Shown: positions 52,532 to 64,000 of the stretch, in pieces
How positions within the stretch are numbered: position 1 is the first letter of the stretch
How the letters are laid out: each line of letters opens with the position of its first letter
Notes under the pieces: model-generated
What the model was told of the DNA's origin: nothing
The model's database searches: none
What the model saw: the letters and a program-made list of their open reading frames with translations, nothing else
Program-made: the position numbers and the translations under genes
DNA from: Octopus vulgaris
Lineage: Eukaryota
Direction: 5' to 3'
Length of the DNA stretch: 64,000 nt
Assembly: GCA_951406725.2 (NCBI GenBank)
Contig: OX597825.1
Span: 62,434,001 to 62,498,000, forward strand

Positions 52532-52589
52532 TATATCTTAGCAAATGAGACTAGCAAAAGAAAGGTAAAAGCTGCAATAAAGAAATACA

Positions 52590-52830
52590 TTCCAAGGTAG
52601 TGAGACATGGGTTCTGAATGCAGACAGCATGAGAGGAATAAAGCTGGTATGCTCTGATGGATGTGCAACATCAGCGTGCCTGTATGACAAAGTGCAAATG
52701 CGATGAGAGAAAAGTTGGGTATAAGAGGAATCAGATGCAGCAAGGAAGAAAGAAGACTATATTGGTTTGGATATGTGATGCATGTGAATGAGGACATCTG
52801 TATAAAGAAGTGTAGTGAGGACTGATCTCA
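52590..52830 (+). pseudogene. RTE LINE C-terminal fragment
   Basis: SETWVL..ML*WMCNIS..REKLGIRGIRC..RRLYWFGYVMH. Confidence 0.65.
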
Positions 52831-53699
52831 AGGTATTGGATCTTTGTTGTTGTTGTTGGTGTTGTTGTTAAGCAACAAGACAAGTAAGGGGGATTAGGTG
52901 ATGGTCTAGAGCTTAGGAGCAGGAGACCCCAGAGCTAGGAAAAAAGAAAAAAACTTTGGTTGTCTTGTATTCGAGGGCTCTTTGTTGATGCCCGACACCA
53001 CTGAGAGGTGGCCCTCAAAGTTGCTGGAAATGGAGATCTCCAGGTCCAAATTCTTGGATAGCAGGTATTGGAGGGGATGACAAGGAACTGACATGGTTGG
53101 TGATATGTAGCTGCTGAGAAGATCTGCTCACTTCAGGGAAATTGAGTTCTGGAACCGCTGTGTGTCCCCACCCTTATGTAACATTACATTTTTCACGCAC
53201 CCTACCCCAATAAACCAAACTACATCTCCTCTTTCTCACATTTCTTCTTTTCCATGCACTATGCTTATCTCCCCCTATCCACCCCTGAAATCCAATTTTG
53301 TCCTTCCTGCCCTCTCAACTGTATTATTACTATCATGTCCCCACCCTCTATATACCCAGGTTTCATCGGTCACTGCATTCCACCTTCTTCCCCACATGTG
53401 AACTCCCAACTCATGTACCCTCAGCAATGCTCTACCATCCCATTTATATTTTCATCCCTGTACCTTGAGAGTATACCCTGGCACATCACCACCTTCTTTC
53501 TTGCTTTCTTTCACCCCCGTTCCCTTTCGCCCCCTCTGATTGGGGTAACCATGTATCTCCTGTACAGCAAGACACCTGTTTCTGTCCCTCTATCATATTC
53601 TAATTTTCCATTACCTGGCACAAAGCCACCTCCTTGAATGCCCCCTCCACTCTCAAAGAATCTTTGTTTACAAGTTACTGATGATGATGACCTTGCTAG

Positions 53700-53978
53700 A
53701 GCTGGTACCACATAAAAAACATTCCGTCCACACTAAAGTGACTGGCATTTGGTAGGGCATCCAGATGTAAAAGCCATGCAGATCTTACTGGTGCTGGTGG
53801 CATGTTCAAAGCAGCCAGTCCACCCTTGAAAGTGGTTCTCATTAGGAAGAGTAACCAGCTACAAAATCCATGCCAAAACAGACAGGGGAGTTTGGTGCAG
53901 TCTTCTGGCTTGGCAGCTCTTCTGTCAAACCATCCAAATGATGCCAGCATGGAAGACAACCATCAAATGATGATGGTG
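53700..53978 (+). mobile_element. SINE family D with internal duplication
   Basis: Family D motifs occur twice; GAT tail. Confidence 0.65.
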
Positions 53979-54115
53979 ATCAAACACACGCACACCCCCA
54001 CACACACATGTACACATATACTTACACACTCACACAAACATATAGATATATCTATATGTATATATATATATATACATATACATATACATATACACATATA
54101 CATATATATATATAT

Positions 54116-54177
<62 letters not shown>

Positions 54178-54180
<3 letters not shown>

Positions 54181-54382
54181 TCATCATCATCATCATCATT
54201 TAGCGTCCGTTTTCCATGCTATATATATGGGTCTGGGATGCACAGGCCAGTAGATCTGGCAGTGTTTCTACAGCTGGATGCCCTTCCTAACGCCAACCAC
54301 TCCGAGAGTGTAGTGGGTGATTTTATGTGCCACCGACACAGGTGCCAGACGAGGCTGGCGCGCCACGCTCGGATGGTGTTTT

Positions 54383-54385
<3 letters not shown>
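54178..54385 (-). mobile_element. SINE family D
   Basis: (CAT)n TTTAGCGTCCGTTTTCCATGCTA..CAGCTGGATGCCCTTCCTAACGCC. Confidence 0.75.
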
Positions 54386-54432
<47 letters not shown>

Positions 54433-55269
54433 TATATAAATAGTGTTTTCTGATTCACGGAGAAGAGTTTATTTCTGAACAAAATGGAAAGTAAAAGAAG
54501 AAGATAATACAATATAAGATGGAAATGTGAGATCATGGCTGTACACTTTACATACATATATACAAAATGAAATGAAAATACGCTATAAATCTCAAGACTT
54601 CTCTGAGTCACTACAGAAGCCATTGATCTTCATGTAGTAAATTTACTTGTGACTATCTCCTTCCATAATACCGATAATAACCACAAATCATAGGAAAGAT
54701 GAGAAAGTGCAGTGTATTGTCTCAATGAAGAATCACACTTTTTCGCACAGCGTTTGCCAAAAGCTTACCAAAACCTAACATCTTGTGAACACACACACAC
54801 ACACACACATATTTCTGCACAATGGTAACAAAATGCTTTATTTCCTAGGTGGTAAATTATATTAATGTATAAAGTGTTAATAAAACAAAAACTCTCAGGG
54901 TACAAACAAAAGTTCAAATACATTTGAAGTGTGTATGTCTGTCCCAGTTTCATATCAGAAATACATTTTAGTGAAATTGACAAAAAACACCAAAAAAAAA
55001 AAAAAAAAAAAAAAAGAGAGACATTCATCGTATTATTTTTAAAAGATAAGAGAAATGGCACCACATATTGGCCAGAACAATGCTAATATTTTCACGGATT
55101 TATTTTACAAATGAATTACAAATGCAATGGTTTTGATCATATTTCTTTTGCCTCTGAAAAAAGTGCCCTTAGATCTACATATGTTGTAAGGATGTCTTTG
55201 TTTACATAACCTTTTTATACAGTGCATAAATATACATATGTGTAACAACAGCAATAAGTATATTGATGC

Positions 55270-55830
55270 TTATGGTATATAATATATAAATATACATGCA
55301 TATATATATATATATATATAGATATATATATTTGTATTTATGTATATATATGTGTGTTTGTATATATATATGTATATATGCATATATATATGTATATATA
55401 TATATGTGTTTGTGTGTGTATGTATATATATATGTGTGTGTGTATGTATATATACACATATGTATATATATATTTATGTATTTATGTATATATATATATA
55501 TATATGTATATATATGTATATATATGTATGTATATATATATATATATATATGTATTTATATATAAATGTATAAATATGTATATATATGTATATCATCATC
55601 ATCATCATCATCGATGATATGTATATATATGTATATATATGTATATATATATAAATGTATGTATATATATGTATTTATGTATATATATATATATATTTAT
55701 ATACATATATACATATGTAAACATGTATGCATATATAAGTATGTATGTATGTGTGCGTGTGTGGATATGTATATATGTATATAAATATATGTATATATGT
55801 ATATAAATATATGTATATATGTATATGTGG
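55270..55830. repeat. Compound (TA)/(TG) microsatellite
   Basis: Directly visible in the sequence. Confidence 0.95.
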
Positions 55831-56332
55831 GTGGGCTCGTGGGTAGGTGGGTGTATATTTGTGTAGTCAGTGCATTTTATATATTGCATCAAAATCAATA
55901 AATACAACCTCAAACAACAAATACTGAACTAAAAAAAAAATAATCACCTTTCTAACAAAAAAATAGATTAGAAAAAAATCATACAGAAATTAAATACAGA
56001 AAAAAAAACTTGGAAAACCAGTGAAAACTGTTGTATGTGTCACAAAATAACTTTGGTAACATGAATAAAATTGATTATACAAGCTAAATCAACAATGAGA
56101 TGATGTTAACACTTCTTTGGTGAAATCTAGACATACAGATAAATGTTATATAACATGGAAAATACTATCAGAATGTTATTACAATATCAAATATATTCAC
56201 TCACACGTGTACTAGTTGATGAAGGAGCTTCTACATGGTTATTTAATCTGCTAGAAGCAACAATAAATACTCTCTTAATTGACACCTTATGAATGAAAGG
56301 GAACATTATATTGGTTAATATTGAGTGGGATG

Positions 56333-56750
56333 AAGGCGGTGAGCTGTCAGAAATGTTAGCACACCAGGTGAAATGTTTATCGGTACTTCGTCTGTCTTTA
56401 AGTTCTGAGTCAAAATTCTGCCATGGTCTACTTTGCTTTTCATCCTTTTGAGATCGATAAATTAAGTGCTAGTTGTATACTGGAGTCGATCTAATCAACT
56501 GGCTCCCTCCCAACAAAATTTGGAACCTTGTGCCTAGAGTAGAAAAGAATATTGTGTGGGGTGAAGGTGATGAGCTGGCAGAAATTTTACCACATTAGAT
56601 GAAATAAGATGAAATGCTTAGCGATATTTCATCTGTCTTTACATTCTGAGTTCAAATTCTACAGAGGTTGTGATTTTGCCTTTTGTTTTTCAGGGTCAAT
56701 AAAATAAGTACCAGTTGAATACTGGGGTCAATGTAATCGAATAATCCCCT
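56333..56750 (+). mobile_element. Two tandem SINE family B copies
   Basis: Heads AAGGCGGTGAGCTG at about 56333 and AAGGTGATGAGCTG at about 56564. Confidence 0.75.
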
Positions 56751-56754
56751 GGTA

Positions 56755-57240
56755 GGCTTGCAAGGCTCCTCTTCCAAATTTCACTTGTCTGTGATGAAAA
56801 ACGCTCCTGCAGTACTATTTGACCTTGTCTACAGAATTCATATTTTTTCCATCCAAATGATTTTGAAAACTGCGAAAAAAATGATAATAAAATGGGGCAC
56901 TGTCTGGTGAATATGGTGGGCAGAGCATCGTTTCCCATTCAAACTGCTTCAGCCTTTGGAATGTCATCCTTGCTGTATGTGGCCAAACATTATTGTGATG
57001 GAAGAACACCTTTAATCTTGAAACCAAAGATGGTCATTTTTCATAGGTGCTGATGAATGGTTGAATGACCAAATCCAAGCTTCTCTGCTAGTTCCTCAAC
57101 AGTTGCAATGAGAGTTTGTTCTGCCAGGATTTGCAGGACGTCCTTGTCAAACTCTACAGATCTTCCAGGATGAGGCTCGTCTTCTTGACCATAGTTTCCA
57201 GCTTGGAATTTCTGGAACCACCGTTGACACTTATTGTCTG
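56755..57240 (-). pseudogene. mariner transposase remnant
   Basis: CQRWFQKFQAG..EDEPHPGR..TVEELAEKLG..HL; FHHNNVWPHTA..PPYSPDSAP.YYHFFRS.QNHL. Confidence 0.85.
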
Positions 57241-57684
57241 AGTTTTTACAGCCTTTTGACAATCCTTACCTATTTCTAAGCAAAGTAATATTATTCATGG
57301 CTGGACATGTTTTAAAGCCAGACTGGAAGCAAAGGAAACTGCTCGTATGAAAGTGATGCCTGTTTGCAAGTATTACCTGATGTCAGAACAAGGAAACACA
57401 AACACGTGAGTATTTCATGTGATAGGCTTCTTCCTATTTCCATCAACCAAATTCACTCACGCAGCTTAGGTTGGCACAAGGTATAGTAGAAGTCACTTGC
57501 CCAAGTTACTGCAGAATGGGGTTTAAAATCATGAGGTTCAAAAGGAAACTTCTTAACCACACAGCTATGCCCAGTGGAAGTATCTATTCACATAAACTGA
57601 ATAAGCTAGAGAGAAAGTGTTGAGGATTTATTGTAGATAAATAACTGAATTTGGCAATATAGCAAAGTAATGTTACTCTTTTTA

Positions 57685-57883
57685 CTCACTCTTTTACTTG
57701 TTTCAGTCATTTTGACTGCGGCCATGCTGGAGCACCGCCTTTAGTCGAGCAAATCGACCTTGGGACTTATTCTTTGTAAACCCAGTACTTATTCTATCGG
57801 TCTCTTTTGCTGAACCGCTAAGTGACGGGGACGTAAACACACCAGCATCGGTTGTCAAGCAATGCTAGGGGGACAAACACAGA

Positions 57884-57949
<66 letters not shown>

Positions 57950-58147
57950 TATATATATATATATATATACATATATATGCGACAGGCTTCTTTCAGTTTC
58001 CGTCTACCAAATCCACTCACAAGGCTTTGGTCGGTCCGGGGCTATAGCAGAAGACACTTGTTGCCCAAGATGCCACGCAGTGGGACTGAACCCGGAACCA
58101 TGTGGTTGGTTAGCAAGCTACTTACCACAGAGCCACTCCTGCGCCTA
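57685..58147 (-). mobile_element. SINE family A, full length
   Basis: Reverse complement of 26767-27170. Confidence 0.9.
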
Positions 58148-58409
58148 TTTCAGGTAATTAAATGTTATAAATATAAATATAAATTTAAAATAATAGAAAG
58201 TTTCAGATCTGTTGCTTATTTGCTCTTTGCTTTAAAGTACATTGTTCCATACTTGGAAAGATTTTTGGACAGAATATTATTTGAGGTAGTATTTTATGAT
58301 TGGATGCTCTTCTTGTAGCCAACCTGTGTATATGCAAGATTAATGTCACCAGGATTCACTGGTTATGAAGTTAGTTTGCAATGAGGAGATCCTGGATTCT
58401 CTCTCTCTA

Positions 58410-58900
58410 TCTGCTCAGTCAAAGTCGACTCTCGATCAATCGTTGGATCAGTGTCCTCCAGTCAGTTCTATCTTGGGCCGCTTCTTTCAGATTGGCTATG
58501 TCCATTCCCGTGTCACACTTGTTGGTGTCAAGCCAGCGAGTTCTTGGTCGGCCTCTTCCTCTCTTGCCACTGACCATTCTGAGCATGATGTCCTTCTCTG
58601 CATAATATGACCGAAATATGCCAATCTATGCTTGGTGATCCTAGCTTCTAGCGACATTTTCAGCCTTATCTACTTAAGAACTTCTCCATTGGTGAGCCTT
58701 GCTGTCCATGGAATCCACAAAAGTCTTCTCCAACACCAAAGCTCGAATGCATTAATTCTCTTCTGGTCAGCTTTCTTTAGTGTCCAGGTCTTGCATCCAT
58801 ATGTTGCTATTGGGAAAACATTTGCATTCACCAATCTGCATTTCGTAGCGAATCTGATGTCTACTCTTCCACACCCTGCTCATGCTGACCATTGCCTCAA
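58410..58900 (-). pseudogene. RTE (BovB-like) LINE 3' fragment
   Basis: Minus strand YGCKTWTL..INAFELWCWRRLLWIPWTAR.TN..YFGHIM..GKRGRGRPRTRWLD. Confidence 0.8.
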
Positions 58901-59859
58901 TCATGCTATATAGCATCTTGGACAAGTGTTTTTTTAGTCTAATTTTAGGTGGATCTAAGCCATGTGAGTAAAAGTGGGTTAACAGAAACTGCTTTTAAGC
59001 CAATCAGTTGTACTGCATCTGTAATTTAAATGACCAGAATTATCACACACGTTTATAATTGTTATAATAATTCTCTCTGAGAATTAAATTAAGGTACAAA
59101 TGCCTTTGGAGAATACAACCACTTGAAAGCTAATTAAACTAGTAAGAGCATGTGTAAAATTTATTGCTGAAAACCATGGAGAACCATCTACATACAAGGT
59201 GATGCTGTGAGGAAAATTTTGGCATAAATAGAAGGCTTTGGCAGTAGAGTTGCTAATTACTAATCTGTGAAGTGGCTTCTAGGAAATGCTTGAAGCAAAT
59301 ATTTTTAAATATGCTCTGATATCTCATCTACAACTGAAACATCTGATCCTTCAATGTTGTGTCATATAATTGTCTAGCTTTTGGATAATTCACTATTATA
59401 TGTTTAGCGATAGATCACAATGTACTTTGCAGTAGATTTTTTATTTATCAGAAGATCTAATCTCTTTGCCTCTTCTAATATATTGCAATTATTTCTGCTC
59501 CTAAGAATTCAGAACATCAAACAAACAGGAGTATTAGAAAGGAAATTGTTAAGAAGACTGTAAAGCGACAAACACTCATGTCAATTGGTGGAGTGAAATG
59601 GTTTAGTCATATAACAGGACTGCATGGCACGGTAAATCAAATGACTGTAGTTGTGCAGGAACAAGTCATTGGTGACAGAAGCATAGAAAGACTATAAATT
59701 GGGTGGTTGAGAAAGGGATGGATGGAGAGAAAGACTGTAGAAAAGAGGGATGGAGTGAAGTGGTAGGATGATGTCAGTAGATGATTACAGTGAAATTTGG
59801 AGGGGATAAGTTGCACCAGGAAGATGGGGGTTTCTTTAGGCTATGGATTTTAATGAGAA

Positions 59860-59943
59860 TGATTACGATGATGATAATGATGATAATGATGAGGATAATG
59901 GTATTGATGCTGATGATGATGATGATGATAAAGATGATGAGGT

Positions 59944-60042
<99 letters not shown>

Positions 60043-60050
60043 TTGATGAC

Positions 60051-60086
<36 letters not shown>

Positions 60087-60150
60087 AAGGATGCTGATGA
60101 TGAGGATGATGGTAATGACGATGGTGATGATTATCATGATGATGGTGATA
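59860..60150. repeat. (ATG)n microsatellite
   Basis: Directly visible in the sequence. Confidence 0.95.
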
Positions 60151-60394
60151 AATTTTGAAATTAATGAGTATATTACGCTTTTCTACATTTAACATGATTC
60201 TTCTATCCATCATCTTAATACTTGTGTCTTATCCATCCCCGTCCCCACCCGCTGAATTTTGTCCAATTTCTTTCTCTTTCTCCCTCTTTATCTCTGCTCC
60301 TTTTCAACACACATCTTCTCTGCAAAGTGCTAAGTTGCTAGAATTGAAGATTAACATGAAACCTCATTATCTTTAGGCATATATATCAAATTCG

Positions 60395-60936
60395 ATGACT
60401 GGCATCCGTGCTTGCGGGGTGCAAAGAGCACCATATGAGTGTGATCGTTGACAGAGCAGCTAACCGGCTTCCATGCCAGGGGCACATAAAAGGCCCCATT
60501 TGAGTGTGATCGTTACCAGCGTCACCTTACTGGCACTTGTGCCCATGCTAGTAGGCTACCAAGAGCACTATCCGAGCGTGATTGTTGCCGGAGCAGCTAA
60601 TGGGCTTCCATGCCAGTGGCACGTAAAAGGCACCATTCGAGCGTGATCATTACCAATGTCGCCTTACTGGCACCTGTGCCAGTGGCATGTGTAAAAAGAT
60701 TCGAGTGAGGTCATTGCCAGAACTGCCTGACTGGCCCCCATGCCGGTGGCACGTAAAAAGCACCCACTAGACTCTCGGAGTGGTTGGTGTTAGGAAAGGC
60801 ATCCAGCTGTAGAAACTCTGCCAGATCAAGAGTGGAGCCTGGTGCAGCCATCTGGTTCACCAGCCCTCAGTCAAAATCGTCCAATCCATGCTAGCATGGA
60901 AAGCAGACGTTAAACGATGATGATGATGATGATGAT
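60395..60936 (+). mobile_element. Long SINE family D copy with internal tandem repeats
   Basis: Repeated GAGCGTGATCGTT..CCATGCC.GTGGCACGTAAAA units, then the family D 3' end and GAT tail. Confidence 0.75.
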
Positions 60937-60953
60937 ATATATATATATATATA

Positions 60954-60998
<45 letters not shown>

Positions 60999-61034
60999 AT
61001 TTAATGTAGGATAAAAAAATTTTATCAATGGCCA

Positions 61035-61079
<45 letters not shown>

Positions 61080-61764
61080 TCAGTCATTTGACTGCAGCCA
61101 TGCTGCAGCACTGCCTTTTAGTCAAACAAATTGACCCCAAGACTTTGTAAGCTTAGTACTTATTCTATCAGTCTCTTTTGCTGAACCGCTAATTTATGGA
61201 GACATAAACAAACTAATACAGGTGGCCAGTAGGTGAGACACAAAGACAAAGGCATATGTACATACACACATGCATGCTGGTACACACACACACACATGCA
61301 TGTACACACACACACACACACACACACATGCATGTACACACACACACACACATGCACACATGCACACATGCACAGGTTCATATATATATATATATATATG
61401 TTATAGTGTCAGGCAGTCTAAGGTCTAGTGTGCTGCTTTCATAAAGGTAAACTGAAAGAAGACTGTCATATACATGTGTATATTTGTGCACGTTTGTGTG
61501 TGTGTGTGTGTTTTTGTTTGTACTCCCACCATTGCTTGTCAACCGATATTGTTGTCTTTACATTCCCATAACTTAGCAGTTCAGTAAAAGACACTGAATA
61601 AATAAGTACTAATTTTACAAATAATAAATCCCGTGGTCGATTTCTTCGACTAAAGGCAGTGCTCCAGCATGGCCACAGTCACATGACTGAAACAAGTATA
61701 GCATTAAAAAGACTATGCCATTTTAATCCCAAGCAAGGCCGTGTATCTCTGCTAGTATAAAAAG

Positions 61765-61930
61765 TACTCACGACACTCTTGGAGTGGTTGGCGTTAGGAA
61801 GGGCATCCAGCTGCAGAAACACTGCCACATCAGATTAGAGCCTGGTGCAGCCATCTGGCCTCTCAGACCTCAGTCAAACCGTCCAACCCATGCCAGCATG
61901 GAAAACGGACGTTAAACGATGATGATGAGG
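61765..61930 (+). mobile_element. SINE family D 3' part
   Basis: GGCGTTAGGAAGGGCATCCAGCTG...GGACGTTAAACGATGATGATG. Confidence 0.8.
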
Positions 61931-61934
61931 ATAG

Positions 61935-61999
<65 letters not shown>

Positions 62000-62729
62000 C
62001 ACACAATATACATACATACAGTTAGCTTGTGCATAGATTCTTTCAACTTATTGGCATCGTTTGGCCTGGGTCTGTGATAGAAAACACTTGTCTACAGCAC
62101 TACATAGTAGGGCTGAACTCCAAATCATATGATCATGAAGCTTAATTACACAGCCATATCTGTGCTTATAGTGTATATTTTATATTATATATTCTTTAAC
62201 TTATACATGTCTAATTTTAATTACTGTTAAACAGTTATGGCTCATCTTGAAAAAACTTAGTTGTTAACTTAATAATTAAGTATGCAGTCATACAATCTTA
62301 TCCTTATGTATTGTCAAGCTCAGTTATAATGAAAAATAGAAGAAAAAATACAAACAAAATCAGTAGAAGCAGTATTTTCCAAGAATTAATTACTCAAGCC
62401 AATGAAAACAATTTGGACCTGAAATAGGGTTTTTATTTATTTATTTATTTATCTATTTTTTGTTTCACTCAGAACCTGAGAATGACATCCATTTATTACC
62501 CTCATGTCAAGATTTTAAGATCCGTAGAATTTCCTGGTTTTTTCCAATAAAACAGCTCATGAGGAACGAGGCATTACTTTCAAAAATACATAGAAACTGG
62601 GTTTTTTTTCTTCAAAATCACAATATTTTCTTAAAATTCTTCTGAAAATCTAATAAAATCTCAAAACTTCTGCTGACAAGTTACATCATTGTTTATGCCT
62701 AATTTTCCATGAATTTGTGCTTCAATGAT

Positions 62730-63035
62730 TTTCTTGAATGCTAAATCACAGGAAAATCAGAAGCTTAAGTTCCAATGATAATCCACTATCATAGGCAAGA
62801 CCCATCTGCCTTAATAATTTTGTTCCATTGACATTATGTTCTGATGGAAACGTTCAGCCAGCTCATCACTTGTGTCTCCAAGACTTCCAGAGAATTTATC
62901 AAAGTGCCTTTGGAGATAGTGCAGTTTTATGGTCATATTTTCTCTCAGCTTTTGAAAGTCCTCCTGCATATTGTTAACTATTTTGGCATGGATGGTTGCT
63001 TTCTTGTTGCCCAGAAAGTCATTTACAATTACTAC
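62730..63035 (-). pseudogene. DNA transposase C-terminal remnant, probably CMC/Chapaev-3-like
   Basis: DFLGNKKA..MTIKLHYLQRHFDKF..LGDTSDELAERFHQNI..ME.NY*GRW..M.VDY.W fits the K.H.L..H..F...G..SDE.GERFHQ motif. The family name is recalled, not searched. Confidence 0.6.
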
Positions 63036-63160
63036 AAATGTCCAATTACTACAATTACTACAATTGTCCAACTCCGTCCAACCGGTGCTAGCATGGAAAA
63101 CGGATGTTAAACGATGATGATGAGGAAGAAGAATACCACGCTGCTTCAATGCAGCACCAT

Positions 63161-63265
63161 GGTATTCTTACAAAAACCCCATCTGTTCCCTATTCCAAAA
63201 TCCCCATTCTTACAAAATCCCCATCTTACAAAATCCCCAACTTACAAAATCCCCATCTGTCATCA
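63161..63265 (+). repeat. One end of a probable MULE-like element with CTTACAAAATCCCCA subrepeats
   Basis: Starts GGTA followed by about 5 subrepeats, similar in design to 11611-11824. Confidence 0.4.
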
Positions 63266-63362
63266 ATTTTATGATTTGAGACCCTTCAAATACTCCATCT
63301 TTTATCTTTCCTTTGCTCAGACTGAGAAATGTACTGCAGTTACAGTGTTAGCATAGCCCATA

Positions 63363-63882
63363 CCATAAATCTTCGAGTAAATTCTGCCCTTGAGTATAAC
63401 ATGCAGAGGATTTTTAGGGGGCTGTGCCTCTGAAAAACCTAAACCTTGTGTATAATATGCACCCCTTCTCGCAATTGAGTCAAGGAGGTCTATATAATGT
63501 CCTTGGTTTGTAAAAATGTATATGGTAAAATCCTTTATTATTATTATATATATAACATAATGCAAACTTGTAGCTTTTTTGTGTATTTTGTTTGCAGAAA
63601 ATAAAGAAATAACAGTAATAACAGTAATAACGTTTAATAAATGTTGCTTGCTGTAAGTTATGGATGATTCTTTTATGACTTCATTGCTTTCAGGCTTAAG
63701 TTAAGGTATGTTTGCACTCGACATCACAAAATGTGTCTGAATAAACATAGCCAGATAGCAAATAGAGACTCGCACATTGCTTAGAAAATAATTTTCATTT
63801 TTAACCTCGTATTTAGTATGCATTAGAGATTTTGACCTTTAAATTTTGGGGAAAAATGCGGATTATACTCGAGGATTTACGG
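63363..63882. mobile_element. pogo/Tigger-like MITE, complete
   Basis: TA|CCATAAATCTTCGAGTA ... TACTCGAGGATTTACGG|TA; second copy at 14627-15118. Confidence 0.85.
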
Positions 63883-64000
63883 TATTTATCCAGAGCTTTA
63901 ATGAAGTGCTTAGATATGGAGTGGAGGTAGGATGATTTTTTCCCATTTGAGCTAAAGTTTCTTTAAACACATTAAAAGATCCTGGAACTAATGTTCACTG

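Overview
AT-rich, repeat-saturated eukaryotic non-coding DNA, intronic or intergenic. An octopus (cephalopod) origin is inferred from the (TA)n/(TATC)n/(ATG)n microsatellite load and the SINE families. No host protein-coding gene can be firmly supported, and most ORFs in the track are microsatellite or SINE artefacts. The window holds four SINE families, RTE-type LINE remnants, Tc1/mariner, pogo-like, piggyBac-like, MULE-like, hAT and probable Chapaev DNA-transposon relics, and a complete non-autonomous Helitron. The most notable signal is a Penelope-like (PLE) system. One PLE keeps a GIY-YIG endonuclease ORF between ~1.2 kb near-identical inverted arms (34887-37950), each arm carrying a minimal hammerhead ribozyme (HHR). 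At least six unrelated non-coding fold-back elements, most in or next to (TA)n/(TATC)n microsatellites, and about ten canonical or variant-core HHR motifs are spread across the window. All alignments and foldings were done by eye; no database search or folding program was run.
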